Shown: positions 57,984-64,000 of the stretch, piece after piece
Layout: the number at the start of each line of letters is the position of its first letter
How positions within the stretch are numbered: position 1 is the stretch's first letter
NCBI GenBank assembly: GCA_043732705.1
Contig: JAYTHE010000006.1
Span: 12,284-76,283, forward strand
Reading direction: 5' to 3'
Source of the DNA: Candidatus Omnitrophota bacterium
GTDB taxonomy: Bacteria > Omnitrophota > Omnitrophia > Omnitrophales > Aquincolibacteriaceae
Length of the DNA: 64,000 nt
The notes under the pieces: generated by a model
The model's input: only the letters and a program-made list of their open reading frames with translations
Database searches by the model: none
What the model was told of the DNA's origin: nothing
Made by a program: the position numbers and the translations under genes

Positions 57984-58406
57984 ATGGAATATTTTGATTA
58001 TCACACCCGCGTGATTTACCGCGATACCGACAAAATGGGTATCAGTTATTACGCTAACTATTTTGTTTGGTTTGAGGCTGCACGCACCGAATATTTCCGG
58101 GCTTTGGGATTGCCCTATACAGAATGCGAAAAAAAGGGTATTTTCCTGCCTGTGATCGAAGCGAATGCCAAATATATCGCGCCCTCGACTTACGATGACA
58201 AATTAATCGTTAGAACAAGCGTCAGTAAATTTACACCGAGCACAATCCGTTTCGAATATTTGGTTGTCAACGCCGCGACTGAAAAAATTCTGACGCAAGG
58301 TTTTACGGTACATGTTTTTGTTGATCGAGAAATGAATCCCTGCCGCGTTCCCCACGAAGTCGAATCAATCGTAGAGATTTATTCGCTGTTTGATTCCAAA
58401 AAATAA
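57984..58406 (+). CDS. YbgC/4HBT-family acyl-CoA thioesterase
   Basis: RVIYRDTDKMGISYYANYFVWFEAARTE hotdog motif. Start re-called to ATG 57984. Confidence 0.9.
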   Translation: MEYFDYHTRVIYRDTDKMGISYYANYFVWFEAARTEYFRALGLPYTECEKKGIFLPVIEANAKYIAPSTYDDKLIVRTSVSKFTPSTIRFEYLVVNAATEKILTQGFTVHVFVDREMNPCRVPHEVESIVEIYSLFDSKK

Positions 58407-58699
58407 ATTCTGCGTTGCAATTTTTAGAATGATGTTGCGGTTGAGCGAAGCTCAGAGCAAAAAAATATCTCAGAGAAATCACAGAAAAATTTTGACTGTG
58501 TGCCCGCACGGTGTTAAAGTAGCCGCGCTTCGAAAGACCTTGTCCCACGGGCTTTTCCGCGGGATACTATTTATTCTGCTCCGAGCTTTGCTTAACCGCA
58601 AAGTAATGGCTTAGCATGGACGAAGCGAATTGAAATTCAAAAGCGGGACGATGTTTGTTGCGCTCTGAGCCGCGGCTCAATCGCAAAACAAAAGGAAAG

Positions 58700-59710
58700 A
58701 TGGCTGGAACCGAACGAGTGACTGTTTTGGGGGATGGAGGATGGGGGACAGCGCTTGCGCTTGTGAACGCGCGGCGCGGAAATGATGTCCTGCTATGGTC
58801 CGCTTTCCCCGAATATGCCGCGCAAATGAAAGAGCGCCGTGAAAATTTTAAATTTCTTCCCGATGTACCGCTTCCGAAAAATATTCATATTACTTCTGAC
58901 TTGAATGAAGCGCTGCTTTTCGCCGAAATCGTTATTTTAGCTATTCCGACGCAATTTATGCGTAGTGTTCTTCAAAAAGTGCGGCCGCTCGTGCGCGGAA
59001 AAAAGATTTTTGTCAGTGTTGCCAAGGGCATTGAAAAACAAACCTGTATGCGACCCTCGCAGATCGTTTCAGCCGAATTGGGCGATGTTCCGCTTGTCAT
59101 TTTAAGCGGTCCTTCGCATGCCGAAGAGGTTTCGCGCGGTATTCCGACTCTGGTTGTGGCGGCTTCCAAAAAAGTGGAATACGCGAATAAGATTCAAGAG
59201 ACGTTTAAAGACAAATTTTTCCGTATTTATGTTCAGCATGATTGGGCCGGTGTAGAGTTGGGTGGCGCTTTGAAAAATGTCGTTGCTGTCGCGGCGGGAG
59301 TTTGTGACGGCCTTGGCTTTGGAGATAACACGAAATCAGGCCTTTTAACCCGCGGCCTTTTTGAAATGAGCCGTATGGGCGTAAAAATGGGTGCGAATCC
59401 GACAACTTTTTTTGGACTTTCGGGCGCGGGCGATTTAATGACGACTTGCTTCTCAAATCATGGACGTAATTTAAAAGTCGGCCGCGAATTAGGTAAGGGC
59501 CGTAAGATCAAAGAAATTTTAGATGAAATGGAAATGGTCGCGGAAGGCGTTGCGTCCGCGGAGGCTGTGCATGAACTTTGCCAACGCGAAGGCATTTCTC
59601 TTCCGATCATGGAAGAGGTTTATAATATTCTTTGTAAGGATAAAGATCCCAAACAAGCGGTTTCCGACTTACTGAGCCGTGACGCATACGAAGAGTGGAA
59701 ACAGTACTAA
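58700..59710 (+). CDS. gpsA: NAD(P)H-dependent glycerol-3-phosphate dehydrogenase
   Basis: GDGGWGTALA, SGPSHAEE, GGALKNV, GDLMTTC and AEGV. Confidence 0.96.
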   Translation: MAGTERVTVLGDGGWGTALALVNARRGNDVLLWSAFPEYAAQMKERRENFKFLPDVPLPKNIHITSDLNEALLFAEIVILAIPTQFMRSVLQKVRPLVRGKKIFVSVAKGIEKQTCMRPSQIVSAELGDVPLVILSGPSHAEEVSRGIPTLVVAASKKVEYANKIQETFKDKFFRIYVQHDWAGVELGGALKNVVAVAAGVCDGLGFGDNTKSGLLTRGLFEMSRMGVKMGANPTTFFGLSGAGDLMTTCFSNHGRNLKVGRELGKGRKIKEILDEMEMVAEGVASAEAVHELCQREGISLPIMEEVYNILCKDKDPKQAVSDLLSRDAYEEWKQY

Positions 59711-59833
59711 TGGTCCCTGAAAAACTCTCATCTGCTGCGTTGCAAGCAGCGCTTCTTTGTGCGGCGTATTTCCGTATACGCCTCCGCAGTCGCTCGCTTG
59801 CGCCTTGCATCTAAGAATTTTTGAGTGACCATT
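59709..59833 (+). repeat. Structured dispersed repeat (family A)
   Basis: Terminal stem AATGGTC/GACCATT; core closely matches 27686-27809. Confidence 0.85.
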
Positions 59834-59913
59834 TAAAAGATTTTTTCGAACAACAACAAAGTCAGACGATGTTAATAAATAGCTTCGTTTGGTTTTTATA
59901 ACAGGAGCATCAA

Positions 59914-60186
59914 GTGAATAAAGCAGAACTTACGCAAGCAGTTGCGTTGAAGACAAAATTATCTAAAGCTAAGGCAGCAGAAGCGCTTAACGCCGCTTTT
60001 GATACCATTCAAGCTTCCCTCAAAAAGGGTAAGAATGTTGCTTTGATCGGTTTCGGAACTTTCAAAGTTCGCAGCCGCAAAGCACGCACAGGCCGCAATC
60101 CTCAGACCGGCGCTGCGCTTAAGATCAAAGCTTGCAAGGTTCCTGCTTTTTCCGCTGGTAAAGCGTTGAAGAAAGCTGTTAACTAA
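59914..60186 (+). CDS. hup: DNA-binding protein HU
   Basis: MNKAEL, GFGTF, ARTGRNPQTG and PAFSAGKALK. Confidence 0.96.
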   Translation: MNKAELTQAVALKTKLSKAKAAEALNAAFDTIQASLKKGKNVALIGFGTFKVRSRKARTGRNPQTGAALKIKACKVPAFSAGKALKKAVN

Positions 60187-60202
60187 GCTTTTCTGATTTA
60201 AG

Positions 60203-60238
60203 AGCCGCGCGCGGGAAACCGTGCGCGGCTTTTCTTTT
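60203..60238 (+). terminator. Intrinsic terminator after hup
   Basis: AGCCGCGCGCGG-GAAA-CCGTGCGCGGCT followed by TTTCTTTT. Confidence 0.85.
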
Positions 60239-60284
60239 GCTGTTTTTTTAGGTTCTGAGCTGTGCTCAACCGTATTAATTATTT

Positions 60285-60743
60285 ATGAAAATTATTTTTG
60301 GATTAGGCTGGGCAGAGGGCCGCGTTAAAAACCATCTCAGGGCTTTTAAAGATCAATCCGCCGCTGAATTATTCGAAAAATACCGCGAGCGAATCGCGCA
60401 TGATTTTGGCTGCGGAGCCATGCCGATGCCCTTTGAAGATTTAAAAAAGCAAAGTGGGCTCATTTGGATCTGTGAACGTTCAAAAAAAAGCAAAATGCTT
60501 GCGAGCGAAGAGTTGTCCGCCCGCTTTCAAAAAATTTGTGATTCCGGAACTAAGAGTTTAACTATTTGGATCGGCGGTCCCGACGGGCTTACTCCTGAAC
60601 AGATAAACACGGTTCAAACAGATTTAATCTGGTCTTTTGGCCCGATGACTTTACCGCATGAGCTGGCTTCGGTGGTTGCGGCTGAACAGCTTTATCGCGC
60701 TGTTTCCATTCTCAAAAACCACCCCTACCACACGGGACATTAG
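60285..60743 (+). CDS. rlmH: 23S rRNA pseudouridine-1915 N3-methyltransferase
   Basis: IGGPDG, SFGPMTLPHEL, EQLYRA and HPYH. Confidence 0.9.
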   Translation: MKIIFGLGWAEGRVKNHLRAFKDQSAAELFEKYRERIAHDFGCGAMPMPFEDLKKQSGLIWICERSKKSKMLASEELSARFQKICDSGTKSLTIWIGGPDGLTPEQINTVQTDLIWSFGPMTLPHELASVVAAEQLYRAVSILKNHPYHTGH

Positions 60744-60830
60744 GTATTTTTAAAGCCTGAAGCGCGTTAAAGGGCTGCCTGTTTAAGTTTTGGAACAGGG
60801 TCTAATTATGATATACTCTCGGCCTATCAT

Positions 60831-60905
60831 CGGGACGTAGCGCAGACTGGCTAGCGCACACGCTTGGGGTGCGTGAGGTCGCAGGTTCAAATCCTGTCGT
60901 CCCGA
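60831..60905 (+). tRNA. tRNA-Pro(GGG)
   Basis: Acceptor CGGGACG/CGTCCCG, anticodon arm CACGC-TTGGGGT-GCGTG, T arm GCAGG-TTCAAAT-CCTGT; TGaTATACT -10 box at 60809-60817. Confidence 0.95.
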
Positions 60906-61179
60906 AATTACTTCGCTTAATCAAATCACTCCTCGCTTCTCTGCGAAACTCATTTTAAATGAGGAATGATTTGACAACGCTTCGTTAGGCTTTGCTCTGC
61001 GCCTTTGGCACATCGCATGTTGGAATTTTGCTAGGCGCAAAATGGGCCGAAAAATACTTTTTTGCAGGTTCGTTCAGTCTTAAAGCCACTTTAAAAAGCA
61101 CTCTTCCAGGCTTGTTTCACAGCTCTCAAAAAGGTATATTAAGTCGGTTTTCAATACATTAAAAGGGAGCCCCCACCTT

Positions 61180-61944
61180 ATGCGGAAATTAGCCATTATC
61201 AGCCTCATTTATGCGTCTTTGCTTGTGACGACGGCAGCCTCTGCCAAACTGAGCTGGTTTAAATCACAGCCCAGGGCCAAAGAAGAAACGGCTCAAGCCA
61301 AAAATATTCCCACCACGGCTCCGCAAGTACCGGCACCGCCTGTTAACCTTCTGCCTGGGCCTGTTCCGGTTCCACCTCTATCGGCGCCGCTTGCTGCTTC
61401 CGCACCCGTTTCAAAGTTAGCCGATGCAAGCGAACTTGTTATCGCTGATTTTGATACCGGAGATAAACCGAATAATCTCGGCGGTGATTTTGGTGCTTGG
61501 AATAAAGACCCGGATGATTCAACGCAGCGCTGCAATGTTTCCTTTGAACCGGATGATGCTTTGAAAGATCCCGCTGGTTATGCCCTTAAAATGGATTATG
61601 ATGTGGATTCTCCGAATCCGGCGTATAACGGCGTTTGGATGAAGCTGAACGGTCAAAATGCTTCCGATTACAAGGCAATCAGTTTTTATGCGCGCGGCGA
61701 AGGTCTGAATAACTATACAAAACGTATTAAATTGGAACTGAAAGATTCCGCAATGAATTCTTCACCGTATATTGTGAGCGGTATTACCGAGACCTGGCAA
61801 AAAATAGAAGTGCCGTTTGATCGTTTTAAAAAAGTTAAAGATTGGTCTTCACTTGGGGAATTTGTGATTGTATTTGATGACCGGAATTCAAACCCTAAGC
61901 AAGGAACCATTTTAATTGATCAAATTACTTTTGAAAAAAAGTAA
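61180..61944 (+). CDS. Exported protein with a Pro-rich linker and a CBM11/CIA30-like jelly-roll domain
   Basis: Signal peptide, PPVNLLPGPVPVPP, IADFD..NNLGG, YKAISFYARG, WQKIEVPF and GTILIDQITF. Confidence 0.75.
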   Translation: MRKLAIISLIYASLLVTTAASAKLSWFKSQPRAKEETAQAKNIPTTAPQVPAPPVNLLPGPVPVPPLSAPLAASAPVSKLADASELVIADFDTGDKPNNLGGDFGAWNKDPDDSTQRCNVSFEPDDALKDPAGYALKMDYDVDSPNPAYNGVWMKLNGQNASDYKAISFYARGEGLNNYTKRIKLELKDSAMNSSPYIVSGITETWQKIEVPFDRFKKVKDWSSLGEFVIVFDDRNSNPKQGTILIDQITFEKK

Positions 61945-61962
61945 ATAACTGAAAAAATCCAT

Positions 61963-61997
61963 AAAGCGGCGAGCAGGCTTCGGCTCGCCACTTTTTA
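61963..61997 (+). terminator. Intrinsic terminator-like hairpin
   Basis: AAAGCGGCGAGC-loop-GCTCGCCACTTTTTT. Confidence 0.6.
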
Positions 61998-62004
61998 ATA
62001 ACCT

Positions 62005-62799
62005 ATGAATATTTTCATTTTTGCTTTTTTAGCGCTGGGGTTGATCCAAACGCTGGCCTTTTTGGTATGGCTCGCCGCGTATAAAATTCAAAAAACATCC
62101 ATTGTGGATATTTTTTGGAGTTTGTTTATTCTTTCCGCTGTGATTTTTTATTTTTATTTCTCAAGTCCACATGCCGCATTTCATGTTTTTTGCCTCGGAC
62201 TTGTTTCTTTTTGGGCGGTCCGTCTTTCGCTTCATATTTATTTTCGCGGCCGCGGCCAGGGTGAAGATCCGCGCTATCAAGCCCTTCGTGCTCAGTGGGG
62301 AAGCCGGGAAAAACAAAAAATGCTTATTTTCTTTTTTCAGCAAGGGTTTGCGGCCTGGGTTTTTTCAATTCCATTCTTGATTTTATTTCTAAGCCGTCGC
62401 TCCATTTTTGGGGTTTGGGAAGCCATCGGTGTATTGATTTGGATTGCCGCTTTTAACGGAGAAGCTATTTCAGACGCGCAATTACTGACATTTAAAAAGG
62501 ACCCTCAAAACAAGGGACATGTTTGTCGCGTGGGGTTTTGGAAATATTCCCGCCATCCTAATTACTTCTTTGAGTGGCTTAATTGGATTGCCTATGCTTG
62601 GATTGCCATGCCGCATCATTATGGCGAATTGGCTTTGGTTTGTCCTATGCTCATGTATTATTTTCTGAATAAAGTCAGCGGTGTTCCTCTCGCTGAAAAG
62701 CAGTCTTTAAAAAGCCGCTCTGGGGAGTATGCAGAGTATCAACGCATAACCCCGCCCTTTTTCCCCTGGCTGCCTAAGAAGTCAGATATGCTCCGATGA
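62005..62799 (+). CDS. DUF1295 (steroid-5-alpha-reductase-like) membrane protein
   Basis: SIVDIFW, EDPRY, D.QL..FK and GFWKYSRHPNYFFE. Confidence 0.88.
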   Translation: MNIFIFAFLALGLIQTLAFLVWLAAYKIQKTSIVDIFWSLFILSAVIFYFYFSSPHAAFHVFCLGLVSFWAVRLSLHIYFRGRGQGEDPRYQALRAQWGSREKQKMLIFFFQQGFAAWVFSIPFLILFLSRRSIFGVWEAIGVLIWIAAFNGEAISDAQLLTFKKDPQNKGHVCRVGFWKYSRHPNYFFEWLNWIAYAWIAMPHHYGELALVCPMLMYYFLNKVSGVPLAEKQSLKSRSGEYAEYQRITPPFFPWLPKKSDMLR

Positions 62800-63872
62800 G
62801 CTGTTTAGACTGGGCGATCGCAAAAGGCTATTTGCCCGACTCTGTCCTCCGAGCGGGTATCCGCTGGCAGTTAAAAAACCGGCTTAATCAACTCGACCGC
62901 TCTGCCGAAAAAGGTTTTCAGAGAAAATGGATTGAACAGCTGAAGCAAAGTCCGATTGCGATCATGACCGCCGCCGCGAATGAGCAGCATTATGAAGTTC
63001 CGTCTGAGTTCTTTTGCCAGGTGCTTGGACGGCACATGAAATACAGTTCTGGAAATTGGGCTGTACATGACGCGGACTTGGATGCCTCGGAAGAAGCCAT
63101 GCTGCGCCTCACGATACAGCGTGCTGAAATTATGGACGGTCAGCATATTCTTGAGTTGGGCTGCGGCTGGGGTTCGCTTAGTTTAGAAATGGCGCGTAAA
63201 TTTTCACGATCGCAAATTACCGCGGTTTCAAACTCTCACACTCAGAAAACATGGATTGATCAAGCTGCGGCAAATGAAGGGCTGACCAATCTGCATGTTA
63301 TTACCGCCAATATTGAAAATTTTGATCCAGGGGCGCAATTTGATCGGATTGTATCGGTGGAAATGTTTGAGCATTTACGGAATTACGAATTACTTTTTGA
63401 AAGGATATTTAATTGGCTTAAGCCTGACGGAAAAATGTTCGCGCATATTTTTTGTCATCGTGAATATTCTTATCCGTTTGATCCGGACCCATCATCCTGG
63501 ATGGCAACTTACTTTTTCAGTGGAGGGATTATGCCTTCCGAAAATCTTTTTCGGCATTTTGATAAAGATTTACGTGTAACCAAAACTTGGAAGGTTTCCG
63601 GGTTTCATTATCACCGTACTTGCGAGGCTTGGCTGAAGCGCGCCGACGCGCGTAAAGAATCAATTTTAGAGCTATTTGGCCAAACTTACGGCGAGGCTCA
63701 GGCGCTTAAATGGTTTAACTACTGGCGTGTATTTTTCTTAGCTTGCTCGGAACTATTTCGTTTTAATCAGGGGAATGAATGGTACGTTTCTCATTATCTT
63801 TTTGAGCCACAAGCTCAAAAAGAAGTTAATTATGAGTTAACGACCGGCATGGAGGCGGGCACCGCCTCTTGA
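62796..63872 (+). CDS. Cyclopropane-fatty-acyl synthase-like / CNMT-like SAM methyltransferase
   Basis: AANEQHYEVP, MKYSS, LELGCGWGS, SVEMFEH and YFFSGGIMPS. Confidence 0.88.
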   Translation: MSCLDWAIAKGYLPDSVLRAGIRWQLKNRLNQLDRSAEKGFQRKWIEQLKQSPIAIMTAAANEQHYEVPSEFFCQVLGRHMKYSSGNWAVHDADLDASEEAMLRLTIQRAEIMDGQHILELGCGWGSLSLEMARKFSRSQITAVSNSHTQKTWIDQAAANEGLTNLHVITANIENFDPGAQFDRIVSVEMFEHLRNYELLFERIFNWLKPDGKMFAHIFCHREYSYPFDPDPSSWMATYFFSGGIMPSENLFRHFDKDLRVTKTWKVSGFHYHRTCEAWLKRADARKESILELFGQTYGEAQALKWFNYWRVFFLACSELFRFNQGNEWYVSHYLFEPQAQKEVNYELTTGMEAGTAS

Positions 63873-64000
63873 TTTGTCGCTGTATCTTCAGAAGACGGCA
63901 CCTTTTTCTTGCCCTGCTCGCGCGCCGCTTGATCTTTCATCGAAGTTTCTAAAACACCTTCGCCCATATTGGGAAAATCAACCGGAATTGGAAATGTCAC
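63830..64000 (-). CDS. 3' end of an unknown minus-strand protein (truncated by the window edge)
   Basis: The frame is open for 56 codons from the window end (VTFPIPVDFPNMGEG...PVVNS*) and overlaps the methyltransferase 3' end by 43 nt. Confidence 0.45.
   Translation of the reverse strand: MTFPIPVDFPNMGEGVLETSMKDQAAREQGKKKVPSSEDTATNQEAVPASMPVVNS

Noticed and set aside
60906-64000. Genomic island or prophage integrated at tRNA-Pro
   Set aside because: No integrase, phage gene or tRNA 3'-end direct repeat is seen within the window.

Overview
A 64 kb bacterial chromosomal window of moderate GC content, almost all on the + strand and mostly housekeeping. The gene types and repeat families suggest a PVC-group organism such as Candidatus Omnitrophota (inference only). 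In order: a FecR / DUF3307 / GAF-PP2C / CHASE2-cyclase signalling cluster; tRNA-Arg(CCG) plus a broken second copy; queA-tgt-yajC-secDF-recJ; rpmB; a glycogen-binding protein and glgA; thiG-leuB-asd-truA; rplM-rpsI; an AsmA-like protein; rnc; argCJBDFGH-lysA-hss-ODC-dapFAB; two unknown outer-membrane proteins and a lipoprotein; uvrA; a short FtsH-like protease; frameshifted hrcA-grpE-dnaJ (no dnaK); a thioesterase; gpsA; HU; rlmH; tRNA-Pro; a CBM-like protein; DUF1295; and a SAM methyltransferase. I found no transposase, integrase, prophage or CRISPR array. The unusual signal is non-coding: most spacers hold members of several small palindromic families. The main ones are (1) a 100-bp TIR element inserted on start codons that duplicates ATGAA(T) and creates a same-length 33-aa uORF in both copies; (2) a ~120-nt structured element with covarying terminal stems sitting on stop codons; (3) about 18-20 copies of a ~22-nt hairpin, including nested copies and one in frame inside uvrA; and (4) heptamer-periodic inverted repeats. 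Several genes also appear to be leaderless.
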